From contig JBPGPT010000021.1 of the NCBI GenBank assembly GCA_051047955.1, positions 1 to 64,000 of the forward strand: a DNA stretch of 64,000 nucleotides, written 5' to 3'. Each line of letters starts with the position of its first letter. Within the stretch, counting starts at the first letter, position 1. The position numbers and the translations under genes are program-made. The notes beneath the pieces are model-generated. The model made no database searches. It worked only from the letters and a program-made list of their open reading frames with translations, and was not told where the DNA came from. The stretch comes from Cystobasidiomycetes sp. EMM_F5 (lineage: Eukaryota). Shown piece by piece: positions 24,570 to 37,856 of the stretch.

Positions 24570-27500
24570 TTACCTTCTCGGGGCAGCGGCGGCGGCAATG
24601 CGATTTTTGCTCTGATCTGCTGCGGTGAACTCCAACAGTGTTTTGCCCTCGCTGCGAGCCTTCTTCTCGCTCTCCTGCAACAGTAGTTTCCGTTGTGCGG
24701 CAGGTAATTTCTCCCACTCTTTGCCTTGCGGTACAAGTGGTGTCGTGACAGTAGTATTGGCTCTCAAGTCGGAAAAACGAGATAACAGAGTGGGTGACTT
24801 TAAGCCCATAGCTACGTCTGAAGACTGCTGTTTCGTTGACGGCATCCTCGCGAGTAGACTGCCGTCAGCAAAAGTGGCCGATGAAGGTGACAGAGGGGAG
24901 GCGTGTCGGCTATTCGCCTTTGGTACTTCAACGCCAGGCGATCGCAGACTTTGATTTTGCGACTGCCCGACTCCTACTATGAGATTCGATCGCTCGTCAA
25001 CTACCGATCTGGAGGTTGCGGCCTTGTGAAGAATACCACTGCGTACGAGTAGCAATTGTTCGATGCATCGATCGCGTTCAGCCTCGGTAGGCACCGAGAA
25101 GTAATGAATATACTGAAAGAGAGCTGTCAGCATCGCAGGGACACTCAGAGCCATGAGGTGCTCACATCCTGTCCCACATTCTCAAACATGGTGACCTTAT
25201 CGGCAGACTTCAGAGCAAATGCAAATGGCTTTGGCATTTTTAGCTTGGCGAGGCAGGCAGCTGGTACCTCGTAGACATCGAAGGAAGACAGCGTGCAAAG
25301 TGCCGTTTGGTCGCGGATCTGTAAAAGGGACATTAGTATTTATCGCCCATTTTATTTTTTGGACCTCACCTTCTCGCTTTTGCCAACGTATACTGTTCCA
25401 TTACGAACTTCGCAAAAGCGTTTCGACCACTTGCCCCGCTTGACTTCGGTGTATGTCCAAAACCCTTTGCAAGCTGGCCGTCCGTCTGTTTGCGAGAGGA
25501 GTCCAGCAATGGGCGATTTCTTTACCAGGAACAGTGAAGCATTAGGATCCGTGCTCCATGAGTGCATGATATCTTGCAAGTATTCAAATGTCCGAATGGG
25601 TCTTTCGACACCTAAGGACCTCCACATTTCCATTACTGTCCATGCTGGGTTTGACGAGATTATTCCTTGCTCCCGCAAATGGGCTAAGATGGCCAATGGA
25701 GTAGTGTTTTCGTCGATGTCATAAACGAAATGGTGTTGTGGATCCTCAATATAAATACGCTGCTTGCTGTGGAAGGAGGCTCGGGCATTCTTGGCTGTAA
25801 CGGCTTCGCTGGAGGGACCAGCGCCCGTGTGGTCGTTGACTGGAGAAGGCTGAACTATAGATCTCAAGACCTCTGGAACAGACCTTTTGGAGCTTGCCTT
25901 CGATTGCAAAGCTACCGAGCGGGAGCGACGAACAGAAAGGTCGTCATCATCTGATCCTTCAGACATCGTGAGCACACTGTCCTGTACGAACGGTGCTAGC
26001 GGGGGAGCCAGTCCTGCCTTGCCTTTGCTGCGATTGCGGCGCTTGACTTGCTCGTCAGTTTGGGGCAGCAACAAATTGTGCGGTCTGTCGCCGAGGGACG
26101 GTGGCCTGTCGTTTTGCGATTGCTGTAGCTCTGAAGATCTACTCTTCGCCTTCTCACCCTTCATCGACTTTCGCGATAGCTCGTCTGGGCTGAAGCCGAA
26201 TGGGTTCCTCGTGACCGCAGACTTGCGCTTGCTTGGACTTGCATGAGCTACCGAATTTTGTGCGCCAACTGTCGCTGCACGGGCTCCAACATATTTGCGA
26301 GGCGAATTTTTAGCAGACAGTTTGTCACGCAGCGATCTTTGCGCTTGTAGCGTGCCTGCATGAGTATGGGCGAGCGGTAGCTCATCCTCATCCTCCTCGC
26401 TGTCTTGATCACTATCAGTTCCGCCATAGTCATCATGCTCACTGCTGCTGTTGGAGCTTCTGTATCTCTCGTCGTCGTCATCATCGTCATCGTCGTTGCC
26501 ACTGCTTCCTGCTGCGCTACCGATACTGCGGCTTGTGCCCGGCGCAGCAGCGAAGGAAACGTGCACTGAACCATGATTGGGTGCTCCTTTCGATGTGTGA
26601 GTGTAAGCTTTGTCACTCCTCTCGTTTGACTGCGTCGCGTGCGTGATCGGAACCAGCATATCAAAATAGGCTAGCTTGTCGCCGGCTTTGTCGTTCCTAA
26701 GCGCGGCGTCAGTGTCGGAAACGCTGGGTTCCGTTAAAGGGACACGCATTCCAAAAGCATTCGGTTGACCCGCGATGTTGAAATATGTATCAGTAGCGTC
26801 GCTCCCGCTGGAAATCGGTTGTGATGGGAGCGTTGTGGATTCCTTGGTCTCTATTGGCAGTACCGCTGTGGGCATTGGCGACGTTGCAGCCGAGCCTGCT
26901 CTGAAACGAGGCGATGAGATTCCGGGCATAGGAGGAGCAGATTTGGGCTCTGCTCGCTTTTCACCTTTCTGTCCACTGACGTTGTGCTTCAGGTTAGGCG
27001 TGCTGACCGCCCTTTGCAGTCTCTTCACCAAGCTCGCAGGACGGAACGCATGGGAGGGTGGCTGATGAGGCTTTGCGTAAGCCAAATTACAATATGGACA
27101 GCATTTTGTGCTTACTGGTGTATCAGAGTCAGGTGAAAATCGTGACTCGGTCGACTTCCACGCAATGGCGCTGTCTGGAGTCTGCTCATCCGTTCTTACA
27201 GATGGCCTCGAGAATAGCTTTGGAATCCTGATTGACAGGGAAGTGCGTCGCCGCCTGATCGGTGTCTTGACGGATCTTCGCTCCTCTACACTGTCAGATG
27301 GAATCTGGGATGCCTCCGCTTCTCGTGCTTTGTTGCCCAGCAGATCGGCGAGGTTGATTTTCTTGCTCACACGGTTGCGCAGGCTGCTTGAGGACTTGGC
27401 AGATCGCAGTACACGAGGGAACTCAGGTGCCGGACACGAGGCATGCGCGACAAATGCCGGTCGACCTAGTGGGGACGCGTCGGCTGTGTTCGGACGCTCC

Positions 27501-29342
27501 GCAGCATCAGCAGGTTTATTCTCTGCAAGGTTCTCTGTTCTGGCTACTTTGCGCGCTGATGGGTCGTGAAGACTGCCAGGACGTGTTACGGGGACATCGT
27601 CATCATCCTGAAGGTTTGGTGATGCTATACCGGCATTTTGATCGGTATCTTCCAGACCATGCTTCGGGATTCCAGGTAGGGACGGCAAAGGTATGCTTGG
27701 TGGAGCGCTGAGGGGACTTGAAACGATCGAAGACCTATTGCGAATTTCCGGAAGCCGAAGTGGAGCAAGAACGAATGGAGTAAAGTCTTTCGAAACCCCG
27801 CGAGTTTCGCGCAATGACAGTGTAGACTGTGACTGTGCGACATTTAAAACTTTGTTGGACAAGGCAGGAACCGCGTCTTCGAAGCTACTTATGGTTGTCT
27901 CTGCGGTCTGGTCGTCCGAACAAGACGAAATGTCACAGGTCAATGCCGGTGTAGGCAGAGAACTGAGCTGAGAGCTGGAGAGCGAGGGGCTAGCTGCCGT
28001 ACGTGACACATAAGTCTCGTCGGCAGCGGACTGGGAGGGCAGGGCCAGACTGACTCGAGCAGGCTGTGGGGCGGATACATGCTCATGGATACTCGACTGT
28101 GATTCCTTCTCTTCGACCGCCTTGATAGTCTCCTCGTTCCTCTCGATTTCGGTGTCTGAAGCCAAGCGATCCAGAGCACTCGCAAACGAGGCCGTAGAAG
28201 GGGCCGTAGTGATCATCGAGCTTGCTCGTGATTCTGGCATCTCGACAGCAGACGTAGCGAGCGATGATGATTTGACTGGCGAAAAGCCTGAAGGGGAGAA
28301 AGACAGGCGATTCCTGCTACCAGGCGAACAGTTGAGAGACGATTGATCAGGCGTGGGAAACCTTGTAAAGGATGCGGATGAGCCACCTGTGTGAAAGAAG
28401 CGCTGACGAGGTGGAGACGTCGGTGTGGCGGCAGTGACTGTATCAGTCGTGGATCGACGCTGAAGCGCAGGTATTGGTAGTCTTGGAGGAGATGGCTTGC
28501 AATACGCCAGAGATGTCTCTTCTGAGCAGAGGCTGCCATCCCCGTCCTCAGTGTGGGTTGATGCCATCATAAATGGGGATAAAAGCAGCGAATCGAAGGA
28601 AGGCTGATAGGTGCACAGTGAATGAAGTGTGAGGCCACGTCATTAAAGATGAGCAGAAAGAGGCAGGCAGTTCAGCAAATAGTGAAGTCATCCAGCCCCG
28701 CCGCAGAAGTAAACATAGAAGATGTCACGTGACATTGGCGGGACGTAAACACGTAGAGGCGCGACTTACAATGTTGCGATCTGTAAATTCTGGAATGGCA
28801 TAGTCTGGAAGCTGCGAGGGTACTGGAGGTAGCGGTGCAGCAGGAATAGACAATCCCATGGCTGCTGTGATGAAAGAATTGGATTGGCTGCGCTTGCGAA
28901 TGGCCAGCGGCGAAGTAGACTGCATTACGTTGTCGGTCGAGTTGTCCATGGTGAATCCGAGACCCTGCAATGGCCGCGCTGGTAGAGAAGATTTGCTCAA
29001 GCTGCTAGATACGAAGGGCTTGATTGGTGTCAGCGCTTGTGACGGGCGGACTGCGACCAGAGGACTGCCGAGCTGACGGCGTTTCGATGGTGAACCGCGT
29101 GAGGCTGAGCGAGCAACAGCAGCAGGACTGTCGATCCAGCTGTGGGCTACTCTTCGCGGTGATCCAGGTGTGCTAGCTACGGATCTGAAACCGCCAGTCG
29201 CCACTGTCCCCCAGCTGTCTGTTCTGCGGCTGTTTTGCTCGGCGGTTTTGACGGGGCTGGCTGTTGATTGACATGCAGTGGCTTGGCCGCGCATTGCATC
29301 GTGCGCAAGCCTCTGCTGCGAAGGTGTGGCTAGGCCTGACAT
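24570..29342 (-). CDS. Large Ser/Pro-rich protein with C-terminal RA (ubiquitin-like) plus PH domain tandem
   Basis: RIYIED..WTVMEMWRSLGVERPIRTFEY (RA-like); EVKRGKWSKRFCEVRNG..LSSFDVY..PKPFAFALKS..YIHYFSV (PH). Exon 1 (29342 to about 28770) joins ORF 25352-28570 in phase 0. Confidence 0.75.
28709..28751. promoter_or_regulatory. Intronic motif cluster: E-box palindrome flanked by two forkhead-type sites
   Basis: GTAAACA at 28709-28715, perfect palindrome ATGTCACGTGACAT at 28722-28735, GTAAACA at 28745-28751. Confidence 0.45.
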
Positions 29343-29965
29343 CCCTTACACGATCCTACTCCGAGCACGCACTGTATGACGGCCTCAGGCAGGCGGTTGT
29401 CGACACACACGGTGCGGTACGGAATGTTTGATATCAAGATTGGACTTGCTCAGTCGCCAGCAGCGGTCAGGCCACAGACTTGTCGTCCAAGCAGTCCTGG
29501 GCTTTGGTTCGCATTCAGCACGGAATCGCAGTCAGTTTGTTCCCTTTGTCTGGACTCTGGAGTATGCCAGTGCACAGAGTGGGTCAGCGGTCAGAAGTCG
29601 CAGGCTGGCAGGCGGTTGTTTACGTATGCGAAGGTGTCTTTGATGCTGGTTGTTGCATGTTTCGCCTTTTGCAGGTCTCACATTCCACGCGGCATTTGTC
29701 GAGTAAACAAACACACGCAGCCACCGTTTTGATGGCATGCTCGTCATGGATGGTCTGGGCTGCCTATAGTTAAGGTTACAGTGCCTCATGTGGACATTTT
29801 CATTGTCGTCTCCAATTGACTTGGACGAGCCATTCTTTATTCGACGGCTGGCGATCTCCGCTTTTCTCGCCCGAACATGCAAATTTCCTGATTACAGTAC
29901 ATACAGTACAGTATAAACTTCATCGAGGCAATAATGCTACAGTACTATACTGCATCCTGACCGCT

Positions 29966-31308
29966 CTATACTGCCTCGCGAACGAGCCTCCTTACTTTTT
30001 CACGGGCCTCACTGGAGACTTCCAACCCTGTCCATATGTGAGCCTGAACAAACTGATATGCAGCCATGATAAGGGCCACTTTAGCCTCACATCATAACCC
30101 ACAGTACACGTAGTATGCCAAAAACTCACACAGAGTTCAGCTACAACCTCCACACCGCATAATGTGTTCCAGCCATGCTCTTCTCCGATAGATCGGAGAA
30201 TCGTCATGCGGGGCTGCCGTACAGTCAGTACCAATCCTGTCCTCGACAGCATTAGATCTACCTTGTATGCCATATCAAGGAATATCGGTCGATGTGGGAT
30301 CAAGAGATGGTCTCCTTCGCTTGGTACAGCTGTCTGTGTGTCTTGCTTTGCTGGTCCAGCTTGCTTGAATAGCAGCGTAGCTGTATCGTATAGTTGTTTC
30401 TCCTCGGCAGTCTGCGGTTCAAAACTAGGGATAGCTCCAACTCCTACACACAGCTTGATGTCTTGCCGTTGGAGACTCGCTAAAGCCCATTCCGCCTCCT
30501 TGGGTGTATATAACGGGCGTAGGTCCACGTTGGCAAACTGTTTCAGGAGGACGTCGATTTCTGTCCGGTCACGATTGACAATGTATAGCGGTGATAGACC
30601 GAGCTTCGTCATCGCATAAATTACAGACTAGAAGATCAGAAGAGGTCAGACTCAATACGCGTAAACAACAACAACTCGGGCTCACGCGAGCAGCTCCCCC
30701 TCCTCCTGTGTATGTATATAGACATCAGCTTTCGCTCAGTGACCGTCTGCTCACAGCGTACTCACCTACAACGAAACCTGCTGCTGCGCCCATCGAGAAA
30801 GTCACGGGTACGCTAGAGTCGTACGGCGAAAGCTTCCCCGTCAGTGCAGATAGTAGCACCATTCTGACACCTTCAGGATCTGTGTTGTCTCCGACGTGTC
30901 CGACTCCCTCCACAAAGTAGGTCGTATTGACACTGCCAATATCTGTTGCTCTGTCGGTCAGCTTGTCCAGATACGGAATGACTTGTAGCTTGAGTGGCAT
31001 AGTAAGGCATGTTCCCATCGTCTCCGGTTTCACGATGTTTGTCTGCCATGCATTGCCGGGCGCGGTAACATCCGAACATTCGTACGCTCCATAGCGATGT
31101 CGCGGCAGACCAAGGCTTTCAAAGATGGACTTGTGGCATAGTGGTGATACCGAATGACTGACTGGGGACTGCGGGACGTCAGCGCATCAGGATGGCCGAT
31201 GCAATCTAAGTCAGCTTCCTTCGCCGACATTGGATCAGCGCAGCCGAACAGACGTGCCCCGTATATTCCAGTATGGCAGCGGACATCATCTACTTGTGCT
31301 GCCTTCAT
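29966..31308 (-). CDS. Stand-alone shikimate/quinate 5-dehydrogenase family protein
   Basis: GIYG|SPVSHSVSP, TMPLK, IGSVNT, GDNTD, VG|GGGAAR|SVIYAM (20-nt micro-exon), NRD, LDMAYK|PRMT, QAHIWTG. Start uncertain. Confidence 0.88.
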
Positions 31309-31562
31309 TGCTTGTGTGCAGCATTGACCTGTTGGCGCCGTATAGCTCGCAGCGCGTACACGTAGGGCTTCATCCCCGGCGGAAATTCGGTCCGCATGCC
31401 GCGTTCGTATGCGACCGGCATCGTTGTCAGCATCAAGGCCGAACAAAAGCGGTATCACAACACAGAAGAACAACACTCTCCGTCACGGTCACACGCCAAA
31501 TACGTAGTTGACCAAGCAGTCTATGCAGCCGAATACATTACACGTGACATGGCTCATGATGA

Positions 31563-34500
31563 TTAGCTGAAGGCCTTCTTGAGGAATCCCTTCTTCTTTT
31601 TCTTATCCTCCCCGGCTGGCGTTCCACCGGTGCCCGTGGACATCATTGAAGCAGTACTTGGCATTCTCGACCCTGTCGGCGTGGGCGCGGGACGGTTTGG
31701 CTGACCGGCCGGCTGGATGACATTCATGTTATCGTCATATTGTACTGCGTTCTGCAGGCTACTCGGTCCAGTAGGGCGACCAGGATGCATAATGCGAGAT
31801 AAAGAACCTTGTCGTTGCATCTTGGGCATGACGAAGGCTGGAACTTGACCGTTCGGACCAGCCGCCCGACTGCCACTGGGCGCTCCACCAGAGAACGAGT
31901 TTGCAGTGGTGATTGGTGGGCGACTGTCAGCAGGTCCGCCTGGTCCACTTTGTGAGACGCTAGCTTGACTTCCAGGTCCCGCGGTTGGTATTTGGGCGGC
32001 ACTTTGCGCGCGTTCTGCACTGGGTCGGCTAGCGCTGACGAAGGGGAAGCGCTGGTTGAAGCCTTCTTGAGCTGTTGGTCTGGGCGTCTTGTCGTTTTTA
32101 CTGAGCTCGCGGTACTTGTCGTATCTCGCTACGTCGGGTGCCGATGCGTTACCCATGGTTGCCCCTCCGCCACGGTCTAGGTTGGAGAGATCCTGGAGGA
32201 ATGCTTTAGGTGTAATAATGTGCGATGAACCTATGATGACGATCGAGCGGTTAGTAAAGATTGTCTCCGTAACGAATCACACGAGAAATACTCGCCAATG
32301 AATATGTCTCGATTTGCGGCCTGAGAAACCTGGTATGCCGACCGGATCTCGGAGTAAGTCATACCGCCTAGCTGGAAGACTACAATACGCTGTCTTGGCT
32401 CTTTCACGACTTTGGCCTTGGCGCGCTCCGCCCATTGTGGTCGCGAACTTCGAAGAGAGCCTGGAGCCGACGAATTGAGCGTCGACGTGGTGGAGCTGCG
32501 CGCGCTATCGGTAGGCGGCGCATCGCGGATAAAGGGGAAGGTCCCTCGATCAAGCCGGTCAGCGCAATGATCCTGTTACAAACACATTCAGTGCTTTCCG
32601 ATAAATGGTTCATAGACGACTCACATCGAGCATGAGCTTCAACATTGGTTGGTATCGCGAAATATCGTAAGCATCTTCAATCTGCCGTTGCCGTAAAGCC
32701 GGCTTGCGACTGGTCTTAAGCTCTTTGGAGATATCGAGGCCGAGGAACTTCAGATTGTTGACCATGTCCATCTCGTGCAGGGCCAGGTGAGCATGTTGGA
32801 ACAACCGCTTGCGATCCTCTTCAGGTACTCCGTCTCTGAACAGGATGTACAGGGCAATAATTCGCACTTTGTCCTTAGAGCTAGTTGTCGAAAGCGTGGT
32901 CAGCACATGGATGCCATCTCGGTATATGCATACATGCATACCTGAGCGCTCGCTCCCCTAATAAAGGGACCATATCTTCAACAAGTGTTCTGGGTGCTTT
33001 TCCTTCGGCAGTCACGCCAGTTGCGCAACACTGCTCAACGTCCGCCACAACGGGAAGACGATACTTTTCAAAGTATCCCATACATTTCTCGGCCAAGCTT
33101 AGGTGTGCTGACAGCTGTGCGAACGCGTTAGTCTGTCTATGGGCGGCCGATCCGAATAACGCACTGAATCTTTGCTCTTTCGTGTAGAGTCCAAGCTTGC
33201 AAGCATATCCTTCATGTCGTTTATACTGCTCTTGCCCTCTCCTCCAAATCGTTGCGAATACTCGCCCGCGTACTTTTGAAAGTCGGCTATGAGCTTATCT
33301 AGAGCATCCTTCATGTGCATATGCCTTGTCTCCGTCCAGATATCGTCCTCTTCTGTGAGCACAACATCCTTTTCCTCCAGAACGCCCGCTGCATTCCTGA
33401 AGGAATGCCTGTACTTTGTCCCGTCGTTCTCCACATCTAATAAATCGGTAATCATGGCCTGATACGTAAACTCGTGTAAAAATGGTGCAGAGAGATCCAT
33501 TGTTCGGTCAGTGATGTACAATGCGCCTCTTGCACGCGGCGGTTCCGGTTTGGGCGGGAAATTTTCGTTATCTCTACAATACTTGTCCATGCCGTCTTGA
33601 ACCATTTCCGCCAGTCGCTTGGTGATGTGTTGATTCATGGCGACTCCAACACCTATCGGTTTTTGGCTGGACTGATAATATCTGATGACTGGATATTCAC
33701 CCAGTAGCGCCAATATGTTGACGAGCTGTGATACAGCCATCAATTTTGGCTCGATTGCGCAAGAGAAAAGAACACCTACAGATTGTGCCGTATATCTCAG
33801 CTCATCCTCAGCCGCGTCCACTCCTTCTCTCGCACTCCGTCTGGGTGGGGCATAAAACGTCTCAAAAGCAGTGGGGGATTTGATGGAAAACACATGTGAC
33901 TCGATTGCTGTATTTGAGACGTCACATGGAATATCAAGAGCATCATGTCTTGACTTGGCTCACCCCAAAAATGTACAAACAGCTCCTTGACCGCTCGTAA
34001 TTGGTGTTCCGGAACGCCGACAGCGACGCGGTCGAAGAGGTCGTCCGGCACGCCTTTTATGACTCTATATCAGCTCTGAAGTACGCAGAAGGGAGAATGA
34101 CTCACCCCCAACGAAGCAGATATGAGCGGCAGCATATCTAGGTGGAGGCGGCGCGGGAGGCGGTACAGGATTCTTGTCTCGCTTGTTGGGCTTGGGCGGT
34201 TCAGGGACGCTATCGGGTGAGTAGTAAGCCAGTAGACATGAACTGCGAGGGTGCCCGCCCTGCCCACGTACTAGAAATCAGCGCAGATCCGCTCTACGTT
34301 CTCGGTCGTGGGTAGGACAATGTATAGTGCTTCCATGTTTGGCATTCTCGCTCGGTTCTGCTCGAGTTGGTCGATTTCTGCAGGGTGGATGTCAGTATGT
34401 GAGTCTTGGTATCGACCTTCCTCTGCGTCTTTGTGGAGAAGGCCACCGAGGGGCAGGCCGCGACTCGCGAATAGACTCACGCTGCACGCCCTCTTCGAGG

Positions 34501-34711
34501 ATATCGTAGACTTTGAGGATGTGATTCAAGTGCAGCTTTGTGAATGCGTCGACCACGAGTATCTTCCATCTTGAATTGCTCGGCTGCGTATTGCGTATCG
34601 TGTCAATGTAACCTGACGGGCAACCAGGGCAGGCATCAGCGGCCAAACGCAGCCAGCAAAGGCCATATTTCCAGGCATACGTGAGCGAACAAGGTCCTGC
34701 AGAGCGACCAT
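31563..34711 (-). CDS. SEC1: Sec1/Munc18 SNARE-binding protein
   Basis: WKILVVD..DILEEGV, MEALYIVLPT, ITDRTMDLSAPFLHEFTYQAMITDLL, RHMHMKDALDKL, VEQCCATG, YDISRYQP, fungal C-terminal tail ending KKKKKGFLKKAFS. Confidence 0.95.
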
Positions 34712-34873
34712 GGTGGACGCAGAGTTGGACACAAAGTCGGGCTGTTCTGAAGCCAAACCTGACGAGGCGAAGTTGGATCGTCACCACTGGCTTTGTTGCA
34801 ACCCTGCCAACAAGGCCATGTTGAGCTGACAGTCTGAAAGTGAAAACTGACAACTGCGTCGTGTCTGGCAAAG

Positions 34874-37771
34874 ATGGCTACAGCTAGACTGAAACGAAAG
34901 GCCGAGGCTGACCCAGACCTGCTGGCCGACGCCAGTCTGGGCGAGTCCTTTGTGACTTATGGGACGCCGCTGCCCAGCCTCAACAGCACAAAGCGCGACA
35001 AGGGCGAGTACGTTCCGCTATGGCAGCAGGAAGTGCGAGACGAGCAGGGCAGACGGCGCTTGCACGGCGCATTCACCGGCGGATTCTCAGCTGGATACTT
35101 CAATACCGTAGGGTCAAAGGAGGGATGGACGCCGTCGACGTTTGTCAGCAGTAAAGAGGCAAAGCTGGCTGGAAGGGAGAGAGCAGTCGCAAAGCCCGAG
35201 GATTTCATGGACGAGGAAGATCTCGCAGAACTAAAAGCCAGCAGGACCTTCAAGGCCAATGACCAATTTGATGTGGCATCGACAGCGTCGCAGTCGCGTG
35301 GTACAGACGTAGACGCAAACTACGACAGTGCTGTTGCCAACTCTCTCCGAGATCTTGTTCAGCCCGGCTCGTCAAAGATTGGTCACCGCATCATGCAAAA
35401 GATGGGTTGGAAGCCTGGGCAAGGCATCGGGCCTCGCGTGACGTTCGCCCGACGCAGAGAACAGATGCGGAGGCTAGGGCTCACTGCAAACGGGCAACAG
35501 GACGCCGAGAATGACCAGGCAGACGATGAAGCCAAGAAGCATCTCTATCCGCCCGTTGATCGGCCGCTCGAGTCCTTTGATGTCAAAGATGACAGTCATG
35601 GCTTGGGATACGTCGCCGGCCGCTCATTACAAGCCGAACTGTCGGGCGAGGAAGCTCTGCGCGCCTCCTCCTTTACACGCAAGGGCAAGGCTACATCGAG
35701 CGAAAAGGATACTCCAGCTATGCCGCGAGGGGGTGCATTTGGCCTATCTGCCCTGGAGGATGCCGATGACGACGACAACGACGTGTACGGAGCATCGACG
35801 AGTGCTCTCACCAATGTCATCATGGAAGACAGCGATCACGACTATCGCAATGGCTCATTGAGGAGGCAGCCAGAGCTGTTGCAGAACCATGCTCTAAGCG
35901 GCACCAAATCGTCGGTCAATGAACGTCGCAAACCCTTGACGCCTATTACAGGAATTCGCAAAGAAACATTTTCAGACGGATCACCTGTGATACCAGGTTT
36001 TGTTTTAGCTGCTGAGATTCAGCCTCCTGATAAATGGTGCGCCATATCGTTCACTGTGCAATAGACTGCTGATGACTCAATCTGTAACAGGTTTCCGGTT
36101 GAAGCAGCGCCAAAGAACTTTAAACCGAATCCGAGGGCTGTTTGGGATCGAGAACGACTTAAAGATGCGAGTACGATACCATCCACCAACGAGCGTCCGA
36201 AGGCTGGCGAGAAAGGCAAGAATAACACTCTTACTGCAGACGACAGAGCAGTTATACTCGGAGAGCCGGTCGCCCCAAAGTCCGTGTTCGAGTTCTTGTC
36301 GGCCAAAAACAAGGAACGTCTCGATGGTTTCATCGAGTCGGCCAAGGTCGATGCTGTCAATCGGGACAATCAGAGTGCAGGCTACATGCAAGGCAGATTG
36401 GGTCCCGAGCTAGGACTCATAGTGCCGCCGCTAGATGCTCGTACCGCGCAAAGTGCGCTAAAGGGTTTTATGCCATATGGCGACGATCTCGCAAAACAGA
36501 GCCGATATAAGGCGTATATAACTGCTTCTGCAGTACCAGGCGATATTACAAATTTCAAGCCCTCGCCATTACCTGGAACAAAAATTGCCGATTTGAATCG
36601 AGAGCTCACCGACTTTGCCAGTGCCGCCAACATCTTCAAGCCCATGTCTGGTATGATGGCCAATAGATTTACAGCGGGCAGCAGTACTTCGACGTTGATG
36701 TATGTAAAAGCGCCGGAAGCAGGGCTGCGAGTGCCGACGCCGAAAAGTCTTGAGGATACAGAGAAAGACAAGAAAAGTGCCGGCCAACGGACGGAGCAAG
36801 AGAAAGACAATGCGGACCCCAGACGCGTTGCAGTCAGAATGGGCCAGTATGGGCAATTGACTCGAAGTGTCGAAGTGTGGCATCCCGCTCGCTTACTGTG
36901 CAAGCGATTCAATGTTGCCGATCCCCATCCTGACACAGTCGCTCCGGACGAGGCGAATTCTCGTACCTCGGCAACCTCCGCTCCGCATCCGTCAAGCACA
37001 CCGGTGCTCGACAATGATACAATGAACGATATTCTCAAGCATCGCTCTTTTGATACTCAAGGTGGTATGTTCAGCGGCCACAATTTCAGCAGCACCGCAA
37101 GCGACCATGCGCAGGAAGCTTCTGCCGGCGATGCTGCTTCGGGAGCAGCGCAGAAAGCGGCCATACCCACCATTGATAACGTAGGACTGGGAGAAGATGA
37201 GACACAAGGTCGTGACACTCTCACCTATGTCAAACCCTCTATGGATATATTCAAGGCCATCTTCGCCGACAGTGAGGACGAAACAGAAGAGGCCGAAGAA
37301 GATACAGACGTAGGATCATCGCGGAGACCTGTCAACTTACAGCCTCCCGCTGAGATGTTGGCAGTCGTTGCGCCCGACAATTCGACTGAAGAGTCAAGGC
37401 TGACAACACCGGCCATACCCTTGACCATGGAGAGCATTTCCAGTTTCAAGCCTACTTTCATGGCGAAGAGCGAACGAGCCAAAAAAGGGGACGATGTACC
37501 ATCGGACAAGAAGCGCAAGAAATCAAGATTTGTCACTCCGACAGCTATGAGTTTTGACATGGATGAAGATGGGGCCGAGCGCAAGCCGGACAAGAAGCGG
37601 AAGAATGAGAAGACACGAAACAAGAGTAGTAACAAAAGTAGTGGGTTAGACGCGACAGTGGAAGAAGACGAGTGGGTGGAAAAAGAAGTGCCAGCTGCAA
37701 TTCCGCTTGGCCAGCCACCACATGTAGCATATCACAAAAAGGATCGCATCAGAGCCTCGGAGTTATTTTAG
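34874..37771 (+). CDS. GPATCH1: G-patch domain-containing protein 1 homolog (DUF1604 + G-patch), 2 exons
   Basis: QEVRDEQGRRRLHGAFTGGFSAGYFNTVGSKEGWTPSTFVSS; G-patch KIGHRIMQKMGWKPGQGIG; WHPARLLCKRFNV; MDIFKAIF. Confidence 0.93.
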
Positions 37772-37856
37772 TGCTGTACCGGGGAAAGCTACCCTTGTTG
37801 TTGCTACCTCCCATGGTGCTGGGACAGTGAACAACGTCCTATGCACAACAGTCTTC

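Noticed and set aside
29890..29952. Repeated TACAGTA words
   Set aside because: They lie just past the shikimate DH stop and read TGTA-rich on the coding strand, consistent with ordinary 3'-processing elements rather than a repeat array.
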